Assembly: GCF_009914755.1 (NCBI RefSeq) | Contig: NC_060940.1 | Strand: one strand, 5' to 3' | Source of the DNA: the human T2T-CHM13v2.0 reference genome, Homo sapiens | DNA: 64,000 bases | Shown: positions 44,396 through 61,030 of the stretch, piece after piece | Position numbering within the stretch: position 1 is the first letter of the stretch | How the letters are laid out: each line of letters starts with the position of its first letter | Position numbers and translations under genes: made by a program | The notes under the pieces: model-generated | Database searches by the model: none | What the model saw: only the letters and a program-made list of their open reading frames with translations | What the model was told of the DNA's origin: nothing

Positions 44396-46516
44396 TTTAA
44401 GAAGTGAATAAATGTTGTACAGATACGAATAGTAACTTTTTATAAAGAGTTTTTACAGAATATCTGCCCTTGTAGCACCTCCAACCACTGGTGCATCACG
44501 ATTGGTGTCTATACCATATTTTGGATTCCTGGGGCTCGTTTAGGACTACTATGGCAAAAGGCATGATCCAAAATAAATCCTTACCCCTGAATAAGTAAAA
44601 TAAATCCACCCATCCAAAACAAATGCTTATCCACAGCTCTTTCTTTTCGTTCAGCTCCCTAATGGTTTCCTTCGCTGCATTTGTAACAATCTGATTTTTT
44701 GCAATGTTCTTGTTTGTTTTTATTGGGAGGTCATCCTGCCCCCAAACCATAAAGAGCATGAGGGCAGGGTCACATCTGTCTTTCCCCCTGCTGTGCATAA
44801 GGCCTGGCACACAGCAGACCCCAACCAGTATCTGATGAATGAATGGATGAGTAGGTGGGAAATTTCCAGTGGATTTCACTCATTCATTCTCTCCCTGTCC
44901 CCCACGGGTTACAAGACGCTGTGAGGAAGGAACGCAGACAACCCCGTCTGAACACTCCCACATTGTGCTGCTTGAAGACATGAGCCCCGTCTTCCATTCA
45001 CATGGGGCTTTCTGAGCTTCAAAGCACTTTCTCATCTGTTTATCAAATTTAATCCTCACAACCCAGGGAGGGAGGCAGGCTTATTAGCATCATCTGATGA
45101 AGTGCCAAAAAGACACAGAGATGAAAGTCACGGTCCGTCCCTGACAGCGCTGGGACCAAGCCAAGGTGCTCAGGAATGTTCTACTTTTCCACCTCCCCCT
45201 TGTCTCTAAAGACTCCCAACTTCCCAATGCGTGTTATTGGGGGACAAGGTCACGGGAAACACAGAGTGAGGGGCAGATGACTCAAAGGAGGCTGTCACTC
45301 ACACTCCCTGCAGAGGGGAAACAGGTTTATCAAATTGCGGAATGCATGATTCTATTTCTGTCGGGGACATTTGCCTTCAGGATGGCCTCATGCTTATAAG
45401 AATTTGCATATTCTGGGTCTCCACCACCAGCTAGGCGGGGAGGGAGACTCCATCATGCCAGGGCAAGGCACAGGCAGTGAGAGGCAAATAAGTGCAGTGA
45501 ATAAGCCACATGGGAATAGGGTAACCACAGATGCTCATTTTTATGTCTTCATAGTGAACACGGAGGTCTTCCAAATGGGCTGCAAACTCAACAGCCAAGA
45601 GGGGCCAGCCAGGTGCCACAGGTGACAGGAGAGATCTTAGGGGGACTCTTAGGGACCCAGTGGGTCTGCAGTATCACCATTCCTCAGCTTGGCTGTTTAA
45701 CACCAAGCAAGCACCGTGGACCCTGTATTGCCGGATCTTATGACTTTTAAAAGAATTCCAAAAATCTACGCTGTCTCACGGCATATCCTAATCTTTAAAT
45801 TCCAGGGCCTATTTATTCTAACACACCGTGTGGACAAAATCAAACCCACCCACGGGCCATGGATTTGAAAGTCCTCCTGGCTCTAGCAAACATCTCCTAC
45901 GATGTGGCTGCATCAGGTGGCAGAGCAGAGCACTGACCATGACCCAGAGCTGTGCCTCACCATCAAGCCCTGCCAGGTAGGTGCCATCATGGCCCCTGTG
46001 CTTCAGACAAGGAGACTGAGCTCCAGAGAGGCAAAGTGCCATACCACCGATGATGTCAGACCACTGTCTTCTTCCTCAACATCACACGACCTGCCTCCCA
46101 GGCCCCACAGCATCTGCCCATCTGCTCCCCTGGATCATTTCCAGGGTTGTTTCATGAGCTACAAGAAGAAGAGCTTGGGCCCCATGAGCAGAGCAGCCCA
46201 GGCCTCATGGACAGTTCTGGGATGGCAGAGACCTCAGGGCTCCCAGGGCTCTGAATCATACTACTTACTCCTTGCCCTGACCTTCCCAGAGGACACCTCC
46301 CTTGTGTGTTCAAGAGGTCACCATGGGAAAGGGTATAGGCAATGAACCAGGCTAGGATGTGAGAGTGATCTCCCTAGAGATCGGCCACTTATCAGCACGG
46401 GCTCTAACTCTTGCCTGCTAGACTGGTCCTCCTGGAGGGCAGGAGGCACATTGGTCCTGTTCACCAAGGTGGTTCCAGTGCTGGACACAGGGACTGGTAC
46501 CTTCTAACTGCAGGAG

Positions 46517-46706
46517 TGGAGGATGGGTAGATAGGTGGATGAATGGATCGATGGGTAAATGGATGGACAGATGGATGGATGAATGGACAGAGGATGGATG
46601 AATGGACGGATAGATGGATGGATGGATGCTTAGACAAATAGATGAATGGACTGATGGATGGATGGATGGATGGATGGGTGGACAAATGCATGCATAAATA
46701 GATGGA
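46517..46706 (+). repeat. Degenerate (GGAT)n tetranucleotide repeat
   Basis: Read directly. Confidence 0.93.
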
Positions 46707-47909
46707 GGCAGGGGGAGAATGAGGGGCTAGAGTCAACGGACTTACTGACTCTGAACTGGGTAGACTGAGAACACAGCCTTTGGAGACACCACCCAACTTC
46801 AATTTCTAGTTTGGACACTTCACATCTGCTTAATTTTCATCCAACTTATTGCCTTAGTTTTCATTATTTCAATCAGTAAAACAGAAATGAAAATAATAGC
46901 TCTTAACTTGCCAGATGTTATAAGAATTCAATAAAAGCATGTCTTTTTAGTCCTTCCACAGTGTTTGGTGCATTCGATAAATGCACCTCATCATCACCAT
47001 AGTTGCAATGTTTGTGCCTCCTGGGTAGGGAACATTTGCATCAACCTCTCTGCCCCACAAACTCATCTTAAACTGAAACCACACATCTTGTGGCCAAAAA
47101 TTATGGCAAAGCGTGCCCTGGGAGGAGAAACAAATGCCTCTTACCACATTACCTCATTAGCATCCACTGACACATTAGCCTGGATTAGATGTCCAGATAA
47201 GCAGTAGTCACCTGGCTGGGACAAACTAGGCCTGGGACAGGACAAATCCATTCATTGCCCCTAGGTGGCCCTGAAAGATGAGACACCCTCGTCCACACAC
47301 ACAAAGCTTGAGAATGGGTCCCACCCCTTCCTCATCTGGCAGGGTGTCTGGGTTTGCAGTTCCTGACACTAATAATGCCAGTGTCCAGGTTCAGGGCTAA
47401 GGTGACACCCCACCCCACACCCATCTTCTTTGTGATGCCTCTGGCTTCCAATCGGGAAGGGGGCAACCGAACCCAGAGAGCACATGGGCACCATCTGATG
47501 AGCATCTGCGGGCAAACGGGTAGTTTCTGTTGCAGGCGGAAGGAAGTGTCCGCAAGATGATCCGCACTGCATGTTTATTGAGGTAACTCTCCAGTGTGCT
47601 GCAGACCCAGGCTCTCAGGTACAAGTGGCGGGCTCCTCAGTGGGCCAACCACAGAGCGGTCTGAAGGAATGGAGCAGCAGGAAGTCTGTTGTGGTTGAAA
47701 GAAAGGCCATTGTCCCCGGCCAAAGAACCCTGAACAATATCCTCTTGCCCCCTCCTCCGCTTCTCCCTTGGTTAGAGAGAGCTGAATTCAAGACTCCTCT
47801 CTCTAGCCAATTTCAACTTCCATTCTTGACTGTTGAAAATATAATAGTACACAGCTTGAAGGATTAAATGAGTTCATGCACAAAGAGGGTTTAGAACAGT
47901 GCCTGGCAA

Positions 47910-49680
47910 ACAGAATAGAGAACGCAGAAATAAACCCACACTTTAATATCAACTCATTTTTGACAAAGGCTGGGGAAAGGAAAGTCTTCGATAAGTAGTG
48001 CTGGAAAAACGGGATAGCCATTACCTATGGATAAACTTAAGAATGAAACTAGGCCCCATCACTCACCATACACAAAAACCAAATCAAAATAGATTAAAGA
48101 CTTAAATCTAAGACCCGAGACTATGAGACGACTAGAGAAAAAAACATTGGGGAGACACTTCAGGACGCTGAGCAAGAATTTTTTTTGGGTAAGACCACAA
48201 AAGCACAGGCAACAAAAGCAAAAATAGACAAACGGGATCACATCAAGCTACAAAGCTTCTGCACGGCAAACAATCAACAAATTAAATAATCTACAAAATG
48301 GAAGAAAATATTTGCAAACTACCCATCTGACAAGGGATTAATAACCAAAATATATAAAGAACTCAAACAACTCAACAGCAAAAAAACAAGTAGTCCAATT
48401 TTTTAAACAGGCAAAAGAGCTGAACAGATATTTCTCAAAAGAAGACATACGAATGGCCAATGGATATATAAAAAAATGCACAGCATCACTAATCACCAGG
48501 GAACTGTGAGTCAAAAGCACAGTGAGATATCATCTCACCCCACCTGAAAGGGCTTTTATCAAGAAGACAAAAAATAACAGACGCTGGTGAGGATGTGAGA
48601 AAATGGAACACTCATACACTGTTGGTGGGAATGTAAATTAGTACAGCCACTATGGAGAAGAGTATGAAGGTTCTTCACAAGCTAAAAACAGAACTACCAT
48701 ATGATCTGGCAATCCCACTACTGTGTCTACACAGGAAAGGATTAATTATCCAAAGGAAAGGAAATCAATAAATCCAAGAGCTATCTGCACTCCCATGCTT
48801 ACTGCAACATTCTTCACAATAGCCAAGATATGAAATCAAGTTAAGTGCCCATCGGTGGATGAATGGATAAAGAAAATGTGGTAAACACACACAGTGGAAT
48901 ATTAGCCAGCTGTTAAAAAGTGAAATCCTGTCATTTGCAGCAACATGAATAAACCGGAGGCCATCATACTAACTGAAATAAGCCAGGCACTTAGAGACAA
49001 ATATCACATGTTCTCACTCCTATGTAGGAGCTAAAAAAAGTAGATGACAAGAAGATAGAGAGTAGATAGGTGATTAGGGGAGTAGGGAGGAAGATGTTGA
49101 TTGGAAGGATAAAAATCCAGTTAGATAGAAGGAATAAGCTCTAGTGTTTGGTAGTCCAGTAGGGTGATTATCGTTAACAATAGTCTATTGTATATTTCAA
49201 AATAGCTAGAAGACCCGGGCACAGTGGCTCACATCTATAATCCCAGCACTTTGGGAGGCCAAGGCAGGCAGATCACCTGAGGCCAGGAGTTTAAGACCAG
49301 CCTGGCCAACACGGCAAAACCTCATCTCTACTAAAAATACAAACAGAATTAGCCAGGTGTGGTGGCGGGTGCCTGTAATCCCAGCTAATCAGGAGGCTGA
49401 GGCAGGAGAATTGCTTGAACCTGAGAGGCGGAGGTAGCAGTGAGTCAAGATTGTGCCACTGCACTCCAGGCCGGGCAACAGAGCAAAACTGTCTCAAAAA
49501 AAAAAAAAAAAGGAGCTAGAAGAGAAGAATTTCAGTGTCTCTGACAAAAAAGTAAAGATAAATGTTGGCGGTAATGAATACCCCAATTACTTTAAGTTAA
49601 TCATTACACATTATATGAACCTATCAAAATATCACATGTACCCCAAAATATGTCAAACTATTATATATCCATTTTTAAAA
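47910..49680 (+). mobile_element. 5'-truncated L1 (L1MA-like; ORF2 3' part and 3'UTR) interrupted by an Alu at 49213-49512
   Basis: AGAATAGAGAACGCAGAAATAAACCCAC and TTCTCAAAAGAAGACATAC motifs; Alu TSD AGCTAGAAGA; no intact ORF. Confidence 0.92.
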
Positions 49681-49867
49681 CCACCTAACACATCATAACT
49701 GCCATGCAGTCATTATTATTATTATTATCATTATTACTACCCTTGTATTTGCATCATGAGTTAGGGGTCTGATTCAATATAAATTGCATGTCTGCTTCTT
49801 TTCTAGGGTTGGTAACTTTTTAGGAATCTGCAACAAGAAGTGAGAAAAGTAGAATAAAGATTTTTGG

Positions 49868-50209
<342 letters not shown>

Positions 50210-53200
50210 TCAACAAACCATGCAAAAGGAACGCAACTCGGAAAGGTGGCATCTTTGGAAAGGGGCAGGCCTGGGTTTGGATCTCAGTTCTGCTACTCCC
50301 CAGCTCTGTGAACTTCATGAGCAAGCAGCTTCACTTCTTTGAGCTTCAGTTTCCTCCTGGGGACAGCAAAAGTCTTATCCCACAAAGTTGGGAGAAATCA
50401 GTAAGACAGTAAGGTAACATTTACAAATCCCTCCATTATTCCTGCCACATAACAAGCCATCATAAGACCAGCGATTTCTAGTTGGGTGTCCTTAGTTTTA
50501 ACTTTTTATCAGTTGTGTAATACCATCTTCCTTCCTGGAAATTTTTTGTGTTTTTTTTGGGGGCGGGGGGGGTGAGCATTTAATAACCTAACGTATGCAA
50601 AATACCTAAATGACACCTGACATACAGCAGGCACTCAATAAATGTCAGTACTCCTTCCTCTACCACATTCCGTCCTGCTCACACAGAAACAGCTATATTC
50701 ATTCTACTGCCTTGGATTTACTCGCACCCTACACTGTACGGGAAAATGAATAACTGCAAGAAATTCCTTATTTTCAAACATACCAAGAATTTCCTTTTAA
50801 GAACAGCTCATTTTTGAACACTGATTAAGGAACAGGCCCACATGAGTTCACATATATTGCTACATTTCATCCTCATACAGCCCTATGAGGTAGCTCAGAT
50901 TCACAGAGGACCGAAATTACAGTGACTTGCCCAAGATTAGGGGCATGAGAAAGGGCCGAGCCAGGAGGTGAACCCAGGTATGTCAGGCCTGAGGGTACTC
51001 AACAGAGGCCTCTTTCATTGGTGCCGGGGCCTCGCACATACTTGTTGGGACGTTTTCTCCTGTTCCCACACCCCTTCCTTAGAATGCAGGTTTTGTTAAG
51101 ATCGAGTTTGTTTTTTAGTTATTTTTTATTTTCCCCAAGGCATTTTCTCTTTGTTTCTGGTAGATGGGGATCTGGGTCCGCAGAAATGGGGAAATGCAAA
51201 GGAAAAGGAAAGAGAGAGATCATAAGTGGCAGCTCTTAAGGTAGCACTGGTCAAAAGATAGAGACTCTCAACCTCACCTGTGCAGTCCAACAGGTGTGTG
51301 TGTTAAGTTCTTCTGCACTGAAACACTCATATAGATGGATTTATGACCTTATGGATCATAAACAGCTCTGGAGCGGGGTGTGGGGGGCAGACTCTTATGT
51401 CAGAGATATGCCTAAGGATATCTTTGCTTTCTGAGGATACACACACACATACACAATGACGCGATGATGTCAAATCTCTGCTTTAACTCAAGCCACCAAA
51501 TTTCCTCTTCTATTAAAACCATGAATCAAACTTGAACAGTCACCAGTAAATAAGAACTTACGCCATGGCTGGCTTCCTAGGTGAAAAATAGCAAGCCTTT
51601 GACCACCCACCCTTCTGGAAGATTTTTAAAAAATGAATTGATAAACTGAAGAGAACGTCTAAAGTATGAAAAGACCGGAAGGAAAGTGAATACATAGATA
51701 TATTAGAATTCATATTACAAACATATCTATACCTACGTATATTATTTCTACTTTTATTTATCTATTTTAACACTTTCCATGATAAACAGATGGCAACATT
51801 TGCAGTAAGATAAATATTATTCAATGATGCATATTTCTGTATACAAAGTGTAATGCGTCGCTCAAACAAAACAAAACTCCATTGAAAGTGTGAAAAAAAA
51901 AACGAACCATCAATAACATACCCTGTTTTCTGTGGTCTCAGAACATCTGGATAGGAAGAAAAGCTATACCTCCAAGGCTGTTAGAAGCAGAGGTGATCTA
52001 AAGCCAGTGAACCGATCTTTCAAAGTCACTGCTGATGTCTAAAAGAGTCCTGAGTTATCTGAGTAATGTGAAGCATGAGGAATTTCTGCCGAAAAATCAA
52101 CATTTCAAAGGCGTCGGATAATACAGAAACCCCATTCTACTTTGTGTGCTTATGTAGGGCGGCAGGCGGGGGGTGGGAAGGGTAATAAAAAATTAGATTT
52201 CTTAAATGAAACTTACTGAGTAACAGTTTATCTAAGAACACGAGCAATAAATGTGGGGACTTCAAGAAGAGTCACTAAGGGAAAGAAAATAAACATTCAT
52301 TACATTAACACACGCAGCTCTCTTTCATTTTCTCCAAAATCTATTCAGAACCTGTAGGCTGATCCTTGTGACAGTTCTCCCAATATTTTTCCTCCCTTTA
52401 TAAGGGAGTCCATCTGTTTCTTAAATTCTGAGATGACAGTAAAATCCACAGCTTACTGGAGACCCAGTGAAGGAATCAGTGTCAGCCACAAAACAGCTGC
52501 AATCCACCCAATAATTCTAATATTTAAGAGCTTTAAAAGAGGCTGAGAGGAAAAGGAGAGCTTGCAAATCTTTTATGGACATGCCCTCTGACTCTGTCTA
52601 CTTGAGAAACGGGGTGTTTCCTCTTGGCTTCTTAAGTGCACCAAAAATACAATCAGGGCCTTCCACCGAAGCGCAGCTCCCCAAACATAAAAAGGACAAA
52701 TGCTCTGAGGCTGTGGGCATCAGGAAGGAGGAAGATCTGGCTTAGGAAATGCCCTATACACAATGCCTGCCTGACACTCTCTGCAACACACCCACCAGCA
52801 ACCCAGGACACAGGTTCCCTCTACGTGCAAGAGCCAAGGCTGTCCACCCACCCCATCCCCACCTGCAACAGAGCACCGAGCTAAAGCATCTTCTTCTAAG
52901 CATGTGTCTAACCACCTCTCTACAAGAGCCATCTGGAAAATCACGGGGATTTGTTTCTTTAAATGTCCCACTCCTGAATCTCCCTCCAAAGCATCATCCT
53001 GGCAGCCTCCGCAGGGTCTGGAAACAAACTGCACATTTCAACGGCCTCTATTGCTTGCGAAAAGGTCTGGTCCTCTCCTTGCCTGCAACCCAAGCTCCAG
53101 CTATACCAGACTTTGGGAACAGCCTGCCCCCTTCTGGTCTCCTGGAGCTCCATGGAAGGGCAGGAACTGGGTGGGCACAGTCAGAGTAGGACAGACCCCG

Positions 53201-55366
53201 GGCTCCAGCCAGCCTGTCTGTACTGTGATTTCAGGATTTAGCAGGTCATGGAGTAGGTGTGGGGGGAGAGGAAAGAAAGGAGACAAGCAAATGAAATAAA
53301 ATACAAAGCCCCAAGAGACAACAGTCAACAGCATGGTAGACAGCCACCAAGAAGAGAAGAGAACCAAAAGAAAAAAAAAATACATAAATGTCCATCTTGG
53401 AAGGTAAAGAAATTGAGACATTAGGACATGCAGATTTGGGGAGAGTAACTGAACTTGCAGTTGGAAGCAGAGTTTCAGAAAAGCAAAGCACCTCCGCTGC
53501 TGGAACTGCAATTCCAAAAGGAAGTAAAAAGGAAAATAGTGTGTTCCCACCTACCTCCCCAACCGCAGATCTCTCAGAGGCTGAGCTGGGTGTGAGAGAG
53601 TAAAACACTGAGCCGAGCACACAGAGAGGGGCTGGGGGTGGATGCTCACAATGCCGGGGACCTATGAAGAAATCAGCTAGCCCTGCCTCCTTCCTTCTCT
53701 TCATTTGTTTCAACAGGTGCTACATGCATCCTAAAGGTACCTCCTGAACCCACTCTGACCCCCAGATGCAAATGATACAGTAAGCCCCAGGCTTCCCCCA
53801 CCATGTCTCCCCTACACGTTCTTACACTGGACCAGCAGGACACGACCCACAACCCTCCCACCCCACCTCCTGGGCTCTGGATGCACAAAGAACTTCTAAT
53901 TGCATTTCTGCGGGAACCCATCACTATCAACTCCAAGAGTTCAAAGGCAGCGTTTCAGAGTACCCCTCTCTGTAAAGAAGAGATCGCAGGACACTAGGAA
54001 TGTTCTGGTTCTCCGTCAGGCAGCTCACGCCACTATTCTCCCCGCAAATGAGGGAAAGACTTCTCCCTGCTACCCACACAGCAACGTGAAATGCCATCAC
54101 ATCACGTCTTGGGACTGGCTCAGTTCTCAGGCATGAAGAGCTGCACTCCGGCAGAAAGGGTCGCACAGACTCCGAAGAAGTTTAGCAGCTCAGAAAGCAT
54201 CACGCTGTGTACTAAGGCAGTCTTCAGTGAGGACTTCCAAAGTGACAAATGATAGAAATATGCATTCAGTCTTCAGGATCCTGAAACCATCCCCCTGGTG
54301 TCTAATATCCTTTAACGGCTAGGCAAATCCTTGCAGACAAGTAGTGTGATGAAGAAACAGACAGACACACAACACATTGGCTATGCCCTAAGGCAGAACT
54401 CACGCCCCTGGAGAACTGAGACCTTGGCTCTGAAATGGGGACTCCGGCCTCCTGCCCCATGTGCTCCTGCTCCTAGCTCAGTAGGCTGGGCAAGGCAGCC
54501 CAGAGAAGGTGGGAAAGGTATCCCTGGAGAAGTTAGGGACAGGGTAGGAAGACAAGTCAGTTCCCCACCCAGCCACCCAGATGGCCCCAGATCTGCGGAA
54601 AAAACAGTTTCAGAGCCCTGACTGTTCACACCCACGAAGGGCAAAGTAATCCCATAGGAGTGGAAGCCCTGACGGTGTGGTCGGACACACAGCTGGTGAC
54701 CTGAACCGGCCGCAACAAGACAGAAAGACAGAGACAACCAGCTAGGAGAAGGAGCCATGCCCTGAAACTGGAGATGGGGAGGAGATAAAGTCACAGAGGG
54801 CACGGGAGACGGCAAGGTTAGAGACAGAGAAGGTGAAGACGGAAGGCTCAAACATCCAGAGAAGAGAAACAGAAGACCCAAAGTAAGACCAGACACCCCG
54901 GACTGAGTATTGATTCAGGGGCATGGTCGGGGACTTGGGACGCCCAGCTCAGCCCTCATCGCAGGCCAGGACGAACAGAGGGCTCAACTGTCTGCACCCA
55001 GCTCGGCAAAAACCAGAGAGATGCTGCTGCGACAACCGCCCAGGAACAGCGGCTGAAGATCCGGGGAGATCCACTCACTCAGGCAGGGAGCGAGTCACCA
55101 AGACCTACACGCACGGAGCAAGTCACCTGGGGTCCCCAGCAAGAGTGATGGGGAACAGGAACCCAGCCAGGCTCCGGTAACCCCCAAAGCGCCCCCGCTG
55201 GAGAAAACTTCCCCCAGACCCCAAGGGGTCCGTGCTCAGACTCTGAAAGGGGCAGCCCACGACCCCTGAGCCTTGGCAGGGACCCCACCCGGCTTCCCGG
55301 GGCAAGAGGCGATGTGGAGTCGGTAGGCTTGCAGAGTCCCAGTCTGATGACCGAGTTCAAGGGCTA

Positions 55367-56308
<942 letters not shown>

Positions 56309-57581
56309 TCAGAGAAGACAGACACCCCTCAGGACGTAGTGGGAGTAGGATGGGGGGCGAGGGGGACAATTCCCAAGGCGGAAAAAGAGAGGCAGGGGCC
56401 GCGAAACAGGGGACCTTTGGTTGAGGGTGGGCCCGCTCAGAATCCAGGGGAGGTCAGGAAGAGAGGGGGTCCCGAGGTCCTGTTTTCCCTGTGGGCCGCT
56501 GGAAGGAGGCAGTGCGTGGAGGAAGCTCCTAGCCCCGGAGTTCGCGGTCCAGGGATCTTCTGTCGGTACCAGACCGGTTGGCAGGTGGACACGTGAGAAA
56601 CATTTCAGGAGTGTCAGAGCCACAGTCTGATCCCTTCATCCTGGGCTTGAAGGGGTGGGGAGGAGGCTTTGGGTGAGTTTCTGGAGTTAATCAGCACAAG
56701 CTCTGTGAGTGACTCCTGAATCACACACAATCCCCGGTGCCAACGATGTACTAAGTGTTCACTGAGTCACTTCTCTGGTCCCTGAGGACTCACAAGCCAA
56801 GAGACTCCAAACCCAGTTGGCAAGTGGTATAGCGGCAAAAGGGAGACCCGTGGAGTTACTCAACCTTCGCAGGATGCAAGCCCCAAAGGCTGGCCCCGCA
56901 GCCTCCCAGCGTGTCCTTTTCCCCATCCATCCTGAAGTCCCCCTTCCTGTCTGCACAGGGCCCAGGTCCTGGGGAAACAGGTCTTGCTCTTGAAAGTGGA
57001 GTTCTTTCCCATCCTGACTGGTCTGTCCCGGTGACCTTGAGCCAGGAGGAGGAGGACTCCTCCCTGAGCCCAAGCTTTCTCCTCTGTCGTTTAGGCAGAA
57101 TGATCCCAATGGACTCAAATTTCATCCCGAGCCTTCTCTGACTCAGTCTTTCTGGTTTTTCCCTCCCTTGTCCTCTTGCCCAGGGCTTTATACACAGCAG
57201 CGCAGAACAGTGAGCATATGGGATGGCGTTGGTGTCCCATACGGGACCTAGCACTCTGGGAATACAACAGCAGATCAAATCAGTTTGTGAATTGAGGACT
57301 TGGCGTGAATGCTTCGCATCTTGTCTGCTGTGCTTTTTCACCTCATCCTAATTTACAAAGAGAAGAAAGTGGAGTGTAATGAAGGCTCATCAGACAATGA
57401 GGCAGGGAGTGGGAAGAGATTGTTTCATCCACTCCACAAGCATCCGTGAATACAAAGCTTGTGTCAGACACTGGGCCAGGTGCACGCATCCAAAGGTGAA
57501 TGAGGTTTAATCTCATCTTCAGCAAGCCTGAGGTCTAGAGAAGCCTGATGTGGATGTTAATCATTAAAATATAGTGAGATA

Positions 57582-57870
<289 letters not shown>

Positions 57871-57871
57871 G

Positions 57872-58051
57872 TATATATAAATATATATATATTGTATATA
57901 TATATATTATATATAATGTATATAATAAATATATTATATATAATATATTTATATATATGTACATATAATATATATAATATATAATATATAACATATATAT
58001 AATATATATATTTATATGTAAATATATATAATATTATATATATATATATAT
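57872..58051. repeat. AT-rich (TA)n low-complexity tract, about 180 bp
   Basis: Read directly. Confidence 0.95.
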
Positions 58052-58433
58052 GGTGAGATAAGCATTGCTGTAGAGATGTGCAAAAATGCTAAGGGTTCAT
58101 GAGGGCAGGACGGGAGTAAGCGCCAAGAAAAAATGCTTTCTGAACCCATGTAATTAGCCAGTCCACTTGCCTGAACAAGAAAAGTATAAAATGTATGCTA
58201 GTGGGGGTTGTAAACTCCAAACCAATCAACCTTAGTTGTATCTAAAGCTTAGCCAGGCATGTAGCCTGGCATAGAGGCCTTCCCTTTGGGCCCAGCACCC
58301 CTAACCAGGAGTAAAAGACCAGAGGCAAGTTTCTAGGGCCACCAGTCATCTGTTTATCAGTTGGGGATATTTTGTTTACAAGCAATAACATCTATTACTA
58401 ACAGTAATAAGACTTAAGTCTATCTTTTAAGTC

Positions 58434-58733
58434 TTTTTTTTTTTTTTTTTTTTGACACAGTCTCACTCCATCACCCAGCCTGGAGTGCAGTGGTGTGATC
58501 TCAGCTCACTCCAACCTCTGCCTCTTGGGTTCAAGTAATTCTCATGCCTCAGCCTCCCGAGTAGCTGGGATTACAGGCATGTGCCACCACGCCCAGCTAA
58601 TTTTTTTTTTAGTACAGACGAGGTTTCACCATGTTGGCCAGGCTGATCTCAAACTCCTGACCTCAGGTGATCTGCCTGCCTCAGCCTCCCAAAGTGCTGG
58701 GATTACAGGCATCAGCCACTGTGCCCAGCCCGG
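58434..58733 (-). mobile_element. Alu (S-type)
   Basis: Reverse Alu consensus. Confidence 0.94.
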
Positions 58734-60569
58734 TCTGTCTTAAAAATATACTTTACTGGATCATGTAGCTGAACATTGCAGAGGAAAGGCTTCAGGTGAG
58801 GTTTGATCTAGCAACTCACAATTATCACCTGGGATTCCTTTTCTTTCCATCTCTCCTCTCTGCTTTCCATGGAGTCTACCTTATTCCCTCTTGATGTCAC
58901 ACGATGCCTGGCCTCAGCTGCTGCGACCACTTTGTATCCTGTGTTCATTTCTAGCCCAGGGAAAGGAGGGTCAGTATTTCCCAGGATTTTCCTCAAAGGT
59001 TCGGAGATTTTTTTTCTGATTAGACCAGTCTTAAGTTCTGGGTCACTCCGAGACCAATCAGTGTGGCCAGGAAGTTAGAAAATGCCGATCAACTTGGCCA
59101 AGATCCCATATTTCACCTCCGCCATTGGGGTGAAGCCAGCCTCCCTGTAACAACTTGGATGCCCTATAGAGATCAGGGTCTGATGGGAAAGAAGTAGGTG
59201 CAGGGAACAGATTCCATCATTTATTCCACGCAGCCTCCCGAGGTTATATGACCTTGGCCAAGCCACCTCCCCTCCCAGGACTTAGATTTCTTTAGTGCCA
59301 AATGAGGGGTTGGAGGAGACAGCCCCCAAGATTTCACATGTTGCCAGAACGCTCTCTTAGTGTCTCAGCAGAGCTTCTCAACCCAGCAGAGGCTGCTCTG
59401 GAGCCTCTTGGCAACCCTGCCCTCTGGCTCATCTTTGCTTCAAGGTCTCTGGCCGCATTTTTCCCGTTAGCAGCAATGATGTTATCTGCTTCCTCCACAT
59501 CTCACATTTAACCACAGTCCTTTGGGGCCCACCCTCTGGCTCCACTCCCTCAGGGGCCAGGGGCTTAAGGAGTGAGGTTAAGGATCTGGGCTCCAAGTCC
59601 CTGGAGAGAGAGTTGTTTGTTTATCTCAGACTTATAAAAAGCCATGCAAGAAAGAGGTTTAAAGGCTCCAGGCGGGTTATGGACGCCATAAACAGCTTAT
59701 GTGATGGTTTTAGGATGAAAAATCACCCGAGATCGAAGAATAGGAAGGCAAGCTTCTGGGGTCACTGGAGCTGTCTTCCTGCACCTCAAGAATCTTTGGG
59801 TAAGGAGGTGAGACAAAGATGAGATCAGAACAGCGGGTGGCTTGGAGTGGGAGAAGGGCGTGAATTTTGACGAATCTGCAGTGCACATGTATCTCAGTAC
59901 CAGGGGGCGCAGCTGGTTTGGGCAGTGCCAGAACCCCTGGGAGCAGGGGCCGGGCATCATGTCTTCTAAGCCAAACCAAGCAAAAGCAGCCACTTTGCAT
60001 TCGAAGGGGCCCCGGCTTTGGCTTCCACTGTGGTGTAAAAGCGAGACAGGCAGAGCTTGATGTATAAGACAGAGCCGAAAGCACCGCCTGAGACTCCAGC
60101 GGCAGCCCTAGCAACAGCAGTGAGAGTCCTTAGAATTTTTAAAGCTCATTCAGTCATTCAACAAAGATGTATTGGACCCTATTATGTGCCGGACGTCATG
60201 CTGGGAAAGCAAACTATAGGCGTGTAGAAGATTTCCTAAGGAACTCTGCTCTTAAAATATCGTTCCTAATCTCACTTGACCAAGAGCCAGAGCTCTGAAG
60301 AAGCCCCAGACTGATCTGTGGGATTCCCTCCCCACCTCCACCCCAAATCTTGTTTCATCGCCATTTTCCAGTGAAGGGGGGAGTAAATCAGTTAATCAGT
60401 AGTTTTCAGCTCCTAGGTGTGCCCAGCACTGAGCTCGGGGCTGTGAGAGAAAGTGGAAGGCCAGGGGGAAAGGGTTCTTCTCTCTCAAGGAGCTGTCAGA
60501 AGAGGTCATGGGACAAGACAGGCGCGGGATGGGGTCAGAGGAGGGGGCAGCCACAGCGGAGTCAGTGTG

Positions 60570-61030
<461 letters not shown>

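Noticed and set aside
46461-46818. HPSIHPS-repeat ORFs
   Set aside because: Translations of the (GGAT)n microsatellite.
52636-54924. Cluster of overlapping 100-170 aa ORFs in proximal intron 1
   Set aside because: No recognisable domain or coherent exon chain; consistent with chance in moderately GC-rich DNA.
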